64,000 nucleotides of DNA from Candidatus Edwardsbacteria bacterium RifOxyA12_full_54_48 (GTDB taxonomy: Bacteria; Edwardsbacteria; AC1; EtOH8). The DNA is taken from positions 4,807 to 68,806 of the forward strand of contig MFFN01000007.1 in assembly GCA_001777915.1 (NCBI GenBank). The letters are read 5' to 3'. Positions 17,840-28,243 of the stretch are shown in pieces. The position numbers and the translations under genes were made by a program. The notes below the pieces were generated by a model. The model was given only the letters and a program-made list of their open reading frames with translations. It searched no databases and was not told the DNA's origin. The first letter of the stretch is position 1. Each line of letters starts with the position of its first letter.

Positions 17840-19499
17840 ATTGATCTTTGCCGTCTGGCTTATTTTCGCCGGGCGGTTTCATTTTATAACGTCCTATCAG
17901 CCGATATACCTGCTGGCGGGTGATGCCCAACTGCCTGGCTGAAGAGGTGATATCCCACCGGTTGGCTGCCAGGGCCTGGGAAAGATGCTGTCTTTCCAGT
18001 TTCCTTTTAGCCTCCTTCAGGTTGCCGGGTTCCGTTTCTGCCTGGGGAGAGGCCAGCAATCCCAAATGGTCCGGCTCGATCAGCCGGTCGTCACACATGA
18101 TCACCGCCCGCTCGATCTTGTGCTCCAGCTCCCGAATGTTTCCCGGCCACTGATATCCCATAAGAGAGAATTTGGCTTCAGGGCTGAAGCGGGCTGCTTC
18201 TTTTTTATGTTTGAGGGAGAATTTTTTCAGAGAGGATTCGGCCAGCAGTAAAATATCGCTGCCCCGGTCCCTTAGGGGGGGGAGCTCCAGGGTGATGATG
18301 TTAAGCCGATAGTAGAGATCCTTGCGGAATATTCCCTTGGCTACCTCCTGCTCCAGGTCGTGGTTGGTGGCGGCAATGATCCGGACATCCACCCGGATCT
18401 GCTCCCGGCCCCCCAGGTGCTCGATCACCCCCTCCTGGATGGCCCGTAGCAGCTTGATCTGCAGGGGCAGGGCCATCTCCCCGATCTCATCCAGAAAAAC
18501 GGTTCCGCCGTTGGCCATCTCAAATTTCCCCATCTTGCGGGCAAAGGCTCCGGTAAAGGCCCCCTTCTCATAGCCGAACAATTCCGATTCCAGAAGATTT
18601 TCCGGAATGGAGCCGCAGTCGATAACGATGAAGGGTTTTTCCTTGCGCTGGCTTAAGTCATGGATCTCCCTGGCCACCAGGGTCTTTCCGGTGCCCGACT
18701 CCCCCAACAGCAGCAGATTGACCTCGGAGCCGGCCACCCGCCGGATGATGGAGAAGACACCATCCATGGCCGGGCACTGCCCCAGCAGGTCGCTCCGACC
18801 GTCCAACAGTTGCTGCAGGGACAGGTTTTCCCTCTCCAGCCGCAGCCGCTTCTCCTCCTCCAGGGTTTTGATGCCCTCCACCAGCCGGGCATTTTCTATG
18901 GATATGGCCGCCTGGGCGGCCAGGGCGGCCAGCAGGTCCAGATCGTGATGGCTGAAGGTCTCCTGGATCCGCTGGCTGTCCACATAGATGACGCCTATGG
19001 CTTTGCGTTGCTGGGCCTGCCCGGCTAACAGGGGAACGCACATCGATGAACGGAGCTGGAGGTCGGCCACCGAGGCGGCCTGGTTGAACTCCGGATCCTG
19101 GCTGATGTCCTTAAGCCACAGGGGCTGTCCGGTGGTGATGACCTTTTCGGTTATGGTGCGGCTGAAGCGAAGGTCGTCCTTGTCCCAGGCCTGGTTGGGG
19201 CCGGCCCGGGTGACCGTAATGTTCAATTTCCCGCTCTGGTCATACAGCATCAAAAAGCCCCGCGAGGCCCCGGTCAGCTCCATCACCGAATCCATGATGG
19301 TGTCCAGCAGCTGGTCCTGGTTCAACACCCGGCTGATCTTGCGGGAGACCTCCAACAACAGGCTCAGGGCGGCTGCATCCTGTCCCAGACTGCCGGTCCG
19401 GCCCTGCATCTCCTCCAGGGCCTGGGCCGCGGCAGCCAGGTCCAGCTCGGCTTCGGCCACCAAATTTTCGACATTATTGATTCTGCGATTATCCTGCAA
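17838..19499 (-). CDS. sigma-54-dependent transcriptional activator (GAF sensor + AAA+ + Fis-type HTH)
   Basis: [14 protein letters not shown] Walker [16 protein letters not shown] (GAFTGA loop), C-terminal [22 protein letters not shown], and an N-terminal GAF-like region. Confidence 0.9.
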
Positions 19500-22400
19500 T
19501 GGACAGTACCTCCTGCTTCAGACGCTTGATCTCCTTGAACAGCCTGCGCCGGACAGGGGATAGGACATAGGCGGTCTTGAGGTCCGGCTGGCTGATGTTG
19601 GCCAGGGCCTGTTTTATCAGCTGCAGGGCCTTTTGGTAGTTCTCCAGGGCCGGGCGGTATCTCTTCTGCCTGGCCCAGTAGCGGGCGATGGCCGACAGGA
19701 TGGGCCAGGTGGTTTCGGCGATGTTGACCCGCCCGGCGATCTCCAGTGCCCACTCTAGGTATTTTAGGCCCTCCAGCCCCTTCAGCTCCAGCAGCTCCCC
19801 CTTCAGCAGCATCGCCTCGGCTGCCAGCTGCTGTTCCTCCACCCGCTGGGCCAGGCTTAGCGATTTATCGGCCAGGGCGGAGGATTCCTCCAACTGGCCC
19901 AGCTCCCGATGCAGGTCGGCCAGGTTCTTTAAAATGTAAGCCTCGCCGGCCTTGATGTCCAGTTCGGAGAATATCTCCCGGGCCTTGCTCAGGTCATCCT
20001 TGGCCTTTGCCCACTGATGGCGCATATGGGCAATCCGGCCCGACAGATTGACCGCCCGGCCGGTCTCCAGCCGACCCAACTCCCGGGCCAGGTCCAGCGA
20101 TTTCTGGCAGAAGAGATCGGCGTCCTTTAAACTGCCCAGCGATAGGTAGAACTCGGCCTTGCGGATGAAGGCATCCTGCATCACATCCCGGGCCCCGATG
20201 TTGACCGCCAGCTGGATGGCTCGGTTGTAGTTCCAGAGGGCCTGGTCCCACTCTCCCCGGGCTTTGTGTATCAGTCCTATGTTTATCAGAGAGACGGCGG
20301 TCTCGAAGCTGGCTCCAATGCGCTCCATGGTCTGCAGGCACTTGCCGTGGTAATCCAGGGCCTTCTCCCAGTCGTATAGGTGGCGGTAGATCAGGGCCAG
20401 GTTGTTGTAGGAACGGGCCAATCCGCTGATATCGCCTATCTTTTCCCTGATGGCAAAGCTCTTCTGGTGGCATTCGGCCGAGCGGTCCCAGTCGTACATC
20501 CTGTAATATACCAAACCCAGATTGTTGTAGCTGGCGGCAATACCGTAGAGGCTGCCCTCCCGCTCCTTGATTGCCAGGCTTTGTCTATGGGCCGAGAGGG
20601 CCTGGCCCCACTCGGCCAGATGCCAGTAGGCCTGCCCCAGGGTGTTGTACAGCCCGGCCTCCACTGCTCCCCGTCCCCCCTCGGGGAGTATCTTCAACGC
20701 ATCAAGGCAGGTCCGTTCCGCGGTGCGGTATTCCCCCCGGCTTAGGCAGGTGACGGCCATGGCTCCCATCAGGCGGGCGGTGGCCTCCGGGTTGTTGCCG
20801 GCAACGGCCAGGCCCTGTCGGAAATACTCCATAGAGTCATCGTAGTTCCCCAGTCTCTCTTGGCAGCGTCCCAGCTTGTAGAACAGGTCGGGCGAGGGCC
20901 CTCTCTGTTCGAATAACTCCCGGGCCAGCTTGAGGGCCCGAGAATACTCTCCGGAGAGGTAGTAGAGCTTTTGCAGCCTCTCCATGGATGCCGCATCGTT
21001 GGGGCCCTGAGTCAGGGCCTTCTCGAAATGGAAGATGGCCTGGCCCTTGGAATACTCGAACAGGGTCTCCCCGGCCCTAAGATGGTATTCTCTAGACTTC
21101 TTCGGGCGGCCAGCCATCTCCCAGTGCCGGGCCAGGGAAGATAGGTCCTGCAAAGAGCTCCGGCCTTCCTGCTCCATCATTTCGGCGGCCCGCCGGTGAA
21201 GGGTTTTGGCGGCCTGGGGAGAAAGCGATTGATACACCATCTTGGCTATGGCCGAGTGATTAAGACCGTATAGCTGGCGGCCATCCGGACCATGGATTGC
21301 GGCCAGCAGGCTCCGGTTGATGAGGTCTGTCAGATCCAGGGAGACTTGGGGTGTTGCCGCGCCTGACAAGGCGGCAATTTCATCCAGGGACGACGGCCGT
21401 TCCATCACCGACATGGCCTGGACCATTGCCAGTTGGGAGGCGCTCAGGTTGTTCAGCTTGGACTCCATGGCTTTGGAGAGGCTGCCGGGCAGGTTGATCC
21501 TCTCCAGATCGCGGATGGCCGGCTGCCACTGCCCCCGGCGCTTGACCACCAGCCCCTGGTCCAGCAGTTGCTGCACCGATTCCTCTATCAGCAGGGGATT
21601 GCCCTCGGCCTGGGCGGCTATTCTGTCCAGCAACGGCCGGTAGCTTTGAATTCCGGGGAGGACATTGGCCAGAAGCTCGGCGGCCTCACCCTGCCCCAGC
21701 CTCTTGAGGAAGATCTGCTCCGCCAGGTTCTCGACGGTCAGGCTTTCGATGGCCTGGAGCAGATGATGGCCGGGGGGAAGGTCATCGCTGCGGGAGCTGC
21801 CCACCAGCAGTACCCTATATTTAGGGACATTGCGTACCAGGTAACAAATCGCCTCCAGGCTTTCCCGGTCGATCCATTGAATGCTCTCCAGGAGCAGGGC
21901 GGCAGCGGCGGAGGGCGAAGATTCCAAGGTTCGGATGATGAACTGGGAGATGGCATCCAGCCGGCGCAGGTGTTTCTCACCGGCCGGCAGCAGTGGGGCG
22001 GGTGGCAGGTCACGGATCTCGGGGAGAGCGGCCAGGGCCGGACAGATCTCGGCCAGCAGGGGCCCGTATTCGGTTAAGGCCTGGTGGCAGCAGCCCTGGG
22101 CCAGTGGCAGCAGCTGCCGGATGATCTGGAGAATTATGTCAAAAGCTGCGCTTTGTTCCTCATAACAGCGGGCCCATATCACCTGGCATTCGGAGATCTG
22201 GGCCTGGAGGGCGAATTCGTTTAGCAGCTTGGTCCGGCCGATGCCGGTCTCCCCCGAGACAAAAAGGCAGCCGCCCTGTCCCCCCACTGCGTTGTTCAGG
22301 GCCTGGCGGAGCTCACTCAGCTCCTTGTCCCTGCCCACCATCTTGCTTTTGAAGATGAAGCTGGTTCTGCCCGTCACCGCCCGCCCGGGCTGTGCCCCCG

Positions 22401-23187
22401 CTAGCAATGATAACTGTTCCGACACCTCGCCGGCCGATAAGGGGCGCAGGGCGGGGTCCTTGTTCAACAGCCGGAGGATCAGGGAATCTATGGGTTTGGG
22501 GAGCGAGCGGTTGAAAGACGAGGGGAGAGGAGGCGGCTGGGATAGGTGCTTGCGGGCCAGTTCCTTGGCACCACTGGACTCGAAGGGGAGGCGTCCGGCG
22601 AACATCTGGAACATCAGGACACCTAGAGAGTAAAGGTCGGACCGTCCGTCGGCGGCCTGCCCGGCTATCACCTCGGGGGATATGTAGGCCGGGGTGCCGG
22701 TTCTGCGCGAAGTCGCGTTGGCGGCATAGCTGGCCTGCCCGAAGTCAAGCAGTTTTACCGATCCGTTCCCGTCGGTAAGTATATTGCTGGGCTTGACGTC
22801 CAGGTGGATTATCCTGCGGCTGTGTATATACTCCAGGGCATCGCACAGCTGGGCCGTCAGCAGGCATCGTTCCTCGATGGCCAGCCCCTGGCAGGCTGCC
22901 AGGATGTCCGGCCCCGGGATGAATTCCATCACCAGACAACAGTTGCCCTGGTATGACTCATAGCTGTAGACCCGGGCTAGGTTGGGATGGGCCAACTCGG
23001 ACAGGACCTGAAACTCATGGCTGGCGGCATTTATATCTACCAGATTGCCGGGAAATATTTTGACGGCATATATTTTATCATCAGTCAGGTCCTTTGCCTT
23101 GTAGACCTGACTGAAGGATCCCTGCCCCAACAGCTCCAGGGTCAGATACTTATTGGCGATGATATGTCCCGAAGGCAATATATTCAT
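19489..23187 (-). CDS. Ser/Thr protein kinase fused to STAND/AAA ATPase and a long TPR array
   Basis: Likely start is ATG 23187 (the ORF track starts at TTG 23244). Motifs: GQGSFSQVYKA, HRRIIHLDVKPSNIL, DFG, TPAYISPE, P-loop VSGETGIGRTKLL, and many TPR units. The stop overlaps the activator start by 11 nt. Confidence 0.85.
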   Translation of the reverse strand: MNILPSGHIIANKYLTLELLGQGSFSQVYKAKDLTDDKIYAVKIFPGNLVDINAASHEFQVLSELAHPNLARVYSYESYQGNCCLVMEFIPGPDILAACQGLAIEERCLLTAQLCDALEYIHSRRIIHLDVKPSNILTDGNGSVKLLDFGQASYAANATSRRTGTPAYISPEVIAGQAADGRSDLYSLGVLMFQMFAGRLPFESSGAKELARKHLSQPPPLPSSFNRSLPKPIDSLILRLLNKDPALRPLSAGEVSEQLSLLAGAQPGRAVTGRTSFIFKSKMVGRDKELSELRQALNNAVGGQGGCLFVSGETGIGRTKLLNEFALQAQISECQVIWARCYEEQSAAFDIILQIIRQLLPLAQGCCHQALTEYGPLLAEICPALAALPEIRDLPPAPLLPAGEKHLRRLDAISQFIIRTLESSPSAAAALLLESIQWIDRESLEAICYLVRNVPKYRVLLVGSSRSDDLPPGHHLLQAIESLTVENLAEQIFLKRLGQGEAAELLANVLPGIQSYRPLLDRIAAQAEGNPLLIEESVQQLLDQGLVVKRRGQWQPAIRDLERINLPGSLSKAMESKLNNLSASQLAMVQAMSVMERPSSLDEIAALSGAATPQVSLDLTDLINRSLLAAIHGPDGRQLYGLNHSAIAKMVYQSLSPQAAKTLHRRAAEMMEQEGRSSLQDLSSLARHWEMAGRPKKSREYHLRAGETLFEYSKGQAIFHFEKALTQGPNDAASMERLQKLYYLSGEYSRALKLARELFEQRGPSPDLFYKLGRCQERLGNYDDSMEYFRQGLAVAGNNPEATARLMGAMAVTCLSRGEYRTAERTCLDALKILPEGGRGAVEAGLYNTLGQAYWHLAEWGQALSAHRQSLAIKEREGSLYGIAASYNNLGLVYYRMYDWDRSAECHQKSFAIREKIGDISGLARSYNNLALIYRHLYDWEKALDYHGKCLQTMERIGASFETAVSLINIGLIHKARGEWDQALWNYNRAIQLAVNIGARDVMQDAFIRKAEFYLSLGSLKDADLFCQKSLDLARELGRLETGRAVNLSGRIAHMRHQWAKAKDDLSKAREIFSELDIKAGEAYILKNLADLHRELGQLEESSALADKSLSLAQRVEEQQLAAEAMLLKGELLELKGLEGLKYLEWALEIAGRVNIAETTWPILSAIARYWARQKRYRPALENYQKALQLIKQALANISQPDLKTAYVLSPVRRRLFKEIKRLKQEVLSIAG

Positions 23188-23544
23188 TGTAACAAAAAGA
23201 TACGATTCGATTTTCAGTTTATCATAAAAACTTGGCAAATGCAATAATTATTTTAAGTAAACTTTACTATTTCAGTTTTATCGAATTTGTTTTCATTTTA
23301 AATTTAAAATATCAATACCAAGTAATTTATATGCGTAACAAAATGATGCATATAAATTATTGTTAATACATTGTAATACAATAAAATAGAATTATACTTT
23401 GATTGAAATCCAAATTGTACGATATCATTAATATGAAAAATGAAACAAAATGATACATATTATGGTGGCGACAGAATCAATCGTCAATATATCATAATAT
23501 TCAAGCTATTGTTATATAATAAGTTAAAAAAGTAAAATTAATTC

Positions 23545-23561
23545 TGGTATGAAAAATGCTT
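23545..23561 (+). promoter_or_regulatory. candidate sigma-54 (-24/-12) promoter upstream of the C11-like protease gene
   Basis: TGGTATGAAAAATGCTT compared with consensus TGGCACG-N4-TTGCW. GG (23546-47) and GC (23558-59) have the canonical spacing, about 47 nt upstream of ATG 23606. Confidence 0.45.
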
Positions 23562-23605
23562 ATATTCTGACATAACAATAATAACATCAAAAAGGGGTAG
23601 TACAA

Positions 23606-26600
23606 ATGAAAAAGGTAGGTTTACTGGTAGCGGCCGTCATTATTCTGGCCGGATTGGCATCAGCCCAGACCACCATCTTCTCAGACAACATGACCGGCTT
23701 CCCCACGGGTTGGACGCTTTCGCCCACCACCGGTGGCTGGACCAAGACCTCCACCAAGTATTACAGTTCATCCTACAGCGCCATGTGCGACAATGTCAGT
23801 CCTTACGGGGCCAACCAGAACAATTATATAACCAAAACGGTCAGCCTATCGGGATATAGCAACGTCGCCCTGAAATTCTACATCTGGCAGTACAGCGAGA
23901 GCGGCTACGACTATATCCGGGTGCAGTACCTGGTGGGCAGCACCTGGACCACCGCCTGGCAGAGGGCCGGCAGCTATCAGTCTTGGGCCCAGCAGTCGGT
24001 CAGCATTCCCAACACCGCCACCCAGGTCCGATTTTATTTCAACTCCGACGGCAGCGTCCAGAACACCGGGGTGTACATCGATGACGTGGTCCTTACCGGG
24101 ACAGCGGCCACCGTTACCCAGAATGATGCCGGGACTGGCACCGATGCCGGCAACACCATAGCCACCGCTACCACGGTAAATCCGGGTTCGTGGACCGGCT
24201 GTTATTTGGATGCCACTGATCGAAACGACTATTACAAGTTTAACGTTACCGCGGGCCAGGTAATCAAACTAAAAGTAACCCCGCCCTCAACGGCCGACTA
24301 CGACCTCTATCTGCATAACACATCGCAGACCCAGGTTGGCGCCAGCACCCAGGGAACCGGCTTGGTTGACTCCATTGTCTACACCGCCACCACTACCGGC
24401 TACTGGTATTGCCGGGCCTACGAATACAGCGGCACCGGCAACTACTCATTGCTGATCTCGGTGAGCGGCGGGACCACCCCGACAACGATTCTGGCGATCA
24501 ACACGACCTCGTGGGCGCCGGTGGCGGCGGGCGGGACCAGCTCGGCAGTCAGCGTGACCAACAGCGGCACGAGCGGCAGCGTGATCGCCTACACGGTGTC
24601 CGACAACGCCACTTGGCTGACCACCTCGGCCGCCAGCGGCAATACCCCGGGCAGCTTCACCATGACGGCCTCGGCCAACACCGGTGCGGCGCGAAGCGCC
24701 ACGGTCACTGTGGCCGCGACCGGCCAGACCTCCAAGACCATCACCGTCAACCAGGCGGCAGCCAGCACCGGCGGAGCTGAATGGACCGTCATGATCTACC
24801 TGAACGCCGACAACAACCTGGAGACCGACGGGATCAACGATTTTCTGGAGATGGCCGCCGCCTCATACAGTTCGGGCAAGATCAACGTCATCGTTCAGAT
24901 GGACCGGGCCTCGGGCTACGCCACCACCTATGAGAATTGGACCGGCTGCAAGCGTTTCAAGATCGCCAGCGGGATGACCCCCACTGCGGCCTACCAGATA
25001 TCGGACCTGGGCGAGGTGGACATGGGCAGTCCCACCACCCTGGTCAACTTTGCCACCTGGGCCATCCAGAACTACCCGGCCAACCGCTATTCCCTGGTTA
25101 TGTGGGATCACGGCGACGGCTGGTACAAGACCGATGCCAGCCCCATCAAGGGCTTCTCCAACGACGACTCTCACGGTTCGGTGATCGGCATAGCCAACGG
25201 CGAATTCGCCAGCGCCATGGCCCAGATCAAGACCGCCCTGGGCCGGAACCTGGACCATATCGGCTGGGATGCCTGCCTGATGGGCATGTGGGAGGTGCTG
25301 GACATATCCCGCAATTACGCCAACGTGGCCAACGTCTCCGAGGAGACCGAGGGGGCCGCCGGCTGGTATTACACCACCTGGCTGAACGTCATGAACACCA
25401 CCCCCACCACCAGCGCCATTGACATGGGCAAAGCCATCATCAACGGCACCACTCAATCGACCCTGTCGGTGGTGGACCTGACCCTGATCTCCAATCTGAC
25501 CACCAAGGTCAACACCCTGGCCACCGAGCTGATGGCGACCCGGGGGGCCGGCCTGGGCGCCAGCATCAGCACGGCGCTTAACAATACCCTCAAGTTCTCC
25601 ACCAGCTATTTTTCATATCACATAGATCTGTCCGACTTCGCCGCCAAGGTCAAGGCCGCCATCACCACCCGGCCCACCCTGACCACCGCCTGCGACAACG
25701 TCATCAGCGCGGTGACCTCGGCGGTCAAACTGTACAAGAACTCCTCCACCTACGCCAATGCCCGGGGCATCGCGGTCTATCACTGCAAGATCGACGGCTC
25801 CAATTACGATACCGCCTACAACAGCCTGCCCATCGCCTCCAGCACGGTGTGGGATGAGTACATCAAGGGCGGCTCCAGCGGCGGAACCACCGCAAATTAC
25901 ACCAAGAGCACCGCCACCTACAGCTGGGATGCCTCGGCCACCACGGCCACCGGCCTGACCGGGGACGACCAGAGCGTCAGCAAGTCCATCGGTTTTGCCT
26001 TCAACTTCTACGGCACCAGCTATACCACCGTCAACATCTGTTCCAACGGGTTCCTCAATTTCGGCACCAGCTCCACCGCCTACACTCCGGCCGCCATCCC
26101 CAACACTGCGGCCCCCAACGCCCTGATCGCCGGCTTGTGGAGGGACCTTAACGTATCGGGCGGCGGAACCATCACCTACTACTCTTCGGCCACCAAATTC
26201 GTGGTGTCATTCAACGCCGTCAAGAACTACTCCAACACCAGCCTGCAAACCTTCCAGATGATCCTGACCCCCGACGGCAAGATCAAGATCCAGTGGGGTG
26301 GCATCACCACCGAGACCTATGCTTCGGGGGTGGAGAACCAGGGCGGCACGCTGGGCGTGGCGGCCACCGCCGCGGCCAATTCGGCGGCGCTGTTCACCCC
26401 GCCGGCGGCCTGGAGCAGCCCGATCAATGAGAATGAATTGGAGACCAGGCTCAATCCGCAGGGGATGCCGCTATCCAACCAGCTGTTCCAGAACGCCCCC
26501 AATCCGGTCAGATATAAAACCCTGATCGCCTTCCAATTGGAGAAGCCGGGCGCTGTTTCCCTGAAGATCTACAATCTCAACGGACAGCTGGTCAGAACCC

Positions 26601-26749
26601 TGGCCTCGGGGCAGCATAATTCCGGATATCATCAGGCCATGTGGGACGCCAAGGATGATGCCGGAAGGAAGGTGGCTGACGGAGTATATATCTATAAGCT
26701 GGCCTGCGGCGAGTTCAACCACGCCAAAAAAATGGTGCTGGTCAAATAA
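23606..26749 (+). CDS. secreted multidomain clostripain-family (C11) cysteine peptidase-like protein with Por/T9SS-type C-terminal domain
   Basis: Signal peptide. PPC-like segment NDYYKFNVTAGQVIKLKVTPPSTADYDLYL. BACON-like segment ending ATVTVAATGQTSKTITVNQAA. C11 core is EWTVMIYLNADNNLE, with a His in MWDHGDGW and a Cys in IGWDACLMG. C-terminal sorting domain present. Confidence 0.8.
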   Translation: MKKVGLLVAAVIILAGLASAQTTIFSDNMTGFPTGWTLSPTTGGWTKTSTKYYSSSYSAMCDNVSPYGANQNNYITKTVSLSGYSNVALKFYIWQYSESGYDYIRVQYLVGSTWTTAWQRAGSYQSWAQQSVSIPNTATQVRFYFNSDGSVQNTGVYIDDVVLTGTAATVTQNDAGTGTDAGNTIATATTVNPGSWTGCYLDATDRNDYYKFNVTAGQVIKLKVTPPSTADYDLYLHNTSQTQVGASTQGTGLVDSIVYTATTTGYWYCRAYEYSGTGNYSLLISVSGGTTPTTILAINTTSWAPVAAGGTSSAVSVTNSGTSGSVIAYTVSDNATWLTTSAASGNTPGSFTMTASANTGAARSATVTVAATGQTSKTITVNQAAASTGGAEWTVMIYLNADNNLETDGINDFLEMAAASYSSGKINVIVQMDRASGYATTYENWTGCKRFKIASGMTPTAAYQISDLGEVDMGSPTTLVNFATWAIQNYPANRYSLVMWDHGDGWYKTDASPIKGFSNDDSHGSVIGIANGEFASAMAQIKTALGRNLDHIGWDACLMGMWEVLDISRNYANVANVSEETEGAAGWYYTTWLNVMNTTPTTSAIDMGKAIINGTTQSTLSVVDLTLISNLTTKVNTLATELMATRGAGLGASISTALNNTLKFSTSYFSYHIDLSDFAAKVKAAITTRPTLTTACDNVISAVTSAVKLYKNSSTYANARGIAVYHCKIDGSNYDTAYNSLPIASSTVWDEYIKGGSSGGTTANYTKSTATYSWDASATTATGLTGDDQSVSKSIGFAFNFYGTSYTTVNICSNGFLNFGTSSTAYTPAAIPNTAAPNALIAGLWRDLNVSGGGTITYYSSATKFVVSFNAVKNYSNTSLQTFQMILTPDGKIKIQWGGITTETYASGVENQGGTLGVAATAAANSAALFTPPAAWSSPINENELETRLNPQGMPLSNQLFQNAPNPVRYKTLIAFQLEKPGAVSLKIYNLNGQLVRTLASGQHNSGYHQAMWDAKDDAGRKVADGVYIYKLACGEFNHAKKMVLVK

Positions 26750-26772
26750 AATAACCTCCTGAAGTTAAGAAC

Positions 26773-26800
26773 AAAAGGGCCGTTAGTTGCGGCCCTTTTT
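26773..26800 (+). terminator. rho-independent terminator
   Basis: AAAAGGGCCG, loop, CGGCCCTTTTT. Confidence 0.75.
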
Positions 26801-26858
26801 AATTTTCCCAAGTTTGACCCGGAAATTTCAACTTTCGCTTTATTAAAATTAATTTCTA

Positions 26859-26867
26859 TGCTATAAT
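26859..26867 (+). promoter_or_regulatory. extended -10 element (TGcTATAAT) 6 nt before the GT4 start codon
   Basis: TG at 26859-60 and TATAAT at 26862-67, with ATG at 26874. There is no good -35. The geometry implies a leaderless or near-leaderless mRNA. Confidence 0.4.
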
Positions 26868-26873
26868 TTCCTT

Positions 26874-28052
26874 ATGAGAATACTTCACATAGTCACCGCT
26901 TTCCCCCGGGACGAAAAGGACATCATCACCCCCTGGCTGATAGAGATGCTGCGGCATTACCCGGCGCACGGCCTGGAGGCGGAGATATTCACTTCGTCCT
27001 ACCAGGGCCTGGGCGAACAGATGGTCCACGGGCTGCCGGTGCACCGCTTCCGTTATTTCTTCAAACGCTGGGAGAACCTGACCCACGAGGAGACCACCCC
27101 GGACCGCATGAAAAGATCCCTGCTGTACAAGATCATGCCGGCTTTCTACATCATTGGCGGAATGATCGGGATCGTTAAACTGTTAAGAAAAAGCCAATAC
27201 GATGCGGTCCATGTCCACTGGCCGCTGCCGCATGCCGTGTTCGGCTGGGCGGCCAAAACATTCTTCGGACTGCCGGTGGTCACCACCTTCTACGGGGTGG
27301 AGCTGCGCTGGGTGAAGCGCTCCATGCCTCTGCTGAAAGGTTTTCTGGCCTGGTCGGCCCGGATGTCGGATAAAGTTGTGGCCATCTCCAACTATACCGC
27401 CGGCGAGGTCAGGGAGCTGGCCGATGTGCCGGTGGAGGTGATCCCCTATACCATCAGCCTGCCGGAGAACCAGGAATTTTCACAGCCTCCGGCCGGTCCC
27501 AAGATCATCCTTTCGGTCAGCAGATTGGTGGAACGCAAGGGCATCATCTATCTGATAGACGCCCTTAAATATCTGCCGCAGGAATTGGAGGTCCATCTGG
27601 CCATCATCGGCGACGGCCCGGAGAGGGAACGTTTGAAGGAGAGGGCCCTGTCACAGAATCTGGGGCGAAAGATAAGCCTGCCCGGCTGGGTCAGCGAGGC
27701 GGAACTGGAGAGCGCCTACCGCAATGCTTCGGTGTTCGTTCTGCCGGCCATCATAGATTCCAAGGGCGATACCGAGGGTCTGGGGGTGGTCATCCTGGAG
27801 GCCATGAATTACAAGGTGCCGGCCATCGGCAGCGATCTGGGCGGGATCACTGACATTATAATAGATGAAGAAACAGGTTTGTTAGTGCCGGAGAAGGATC
27901 CCCAGGCTCTGGCCAGGGCAATTACCAGGATATTGACAGATGAGGACCTAAGAACTAAAGTTGTCGAGGGAGCCTATCAACATTTAAAGCGTAACTTTAG
28001 TTGGGATAACATATTAGAGAAATGGGTGAGAATCTATAAAGGTCTTGAGTAG
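26874..28052 (+). CDS. glycosyltransferase family 4 (GT-B, GT1/GT4-type)
   Basis: C-terminal donor-binding region VFVLPAIIDSKGDTEGLGVVILEAMNYKVPAIGSDLGGITDII (an EX7E-like motif). Confidence 0.85.
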   Translation: MRILHIVTAFPRDEKDIITPWLIEMLRHYPAHGLEAEIFTSSYQGLGEQMVHGLPVHRFRYFFKRWENLTHEETTPDRMKRSLLYKIMPAFYIIGGMIGIVKLLRKSQYDAVHVHWPLPHAVFGWAAKTFFGLPVVTTFYGVELRWVKRSMPLLKGFLAWSARMSDKVVAISNYTAGEVRELADVPVEVIPYTISLPENQEFSQPPAGPKIILSVSRLVERKGIIYLIDALKYLPQELEVHLAIIGDGPERERLKERALSQNLGRKISLPGWVSEAELESAYRNASVFVLPAIIDSKGDTEGLGVVILEAMNYKVPAIGSDLGGITDIIIDEETGLLVPEKDPQALARAITRILTDEDLRTKVVEGAYQHLKRNFSWDNILEKWVRIYKGLE

Positions 28053-28083
28053 CTGTTTGTTAAAAACAGGTATAAAATTCACT

Positions 28084-28112
28084 AAAAACGACAGTTTTTT
28101 ACTGTCGTTTTT
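28084..28112 (+). terminator. rho-independent terminator
   Basis: AAAAACGACAGT, loop, ACTGTCGTTTTT. Confidence 0.7.
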
Positions 28113-28214
28113 ATATTATTGTCATACAATATGTTATAAATCTGTTTATGCAAAAGGGATACCAAAAAGAATAAAAAAAGTCATTAAATATCACCTCCAG
28201 GGCTGATTTTAGGC

Positions 28215-28243
28215 TTGACATCAGGCCATATATGGTGCATAAT
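28215..28243 (+). promoter_or_regulatory. sigma-70-type promoter of the nrd operon (TTGACA-17 nt-CATAAT, with TG extension)
   Basis: TTGACA at 28215-20, 17-nt spacer, TGCATAAT ending at 28243, 33 nt before ATG 28276. Confidence 0.6.
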
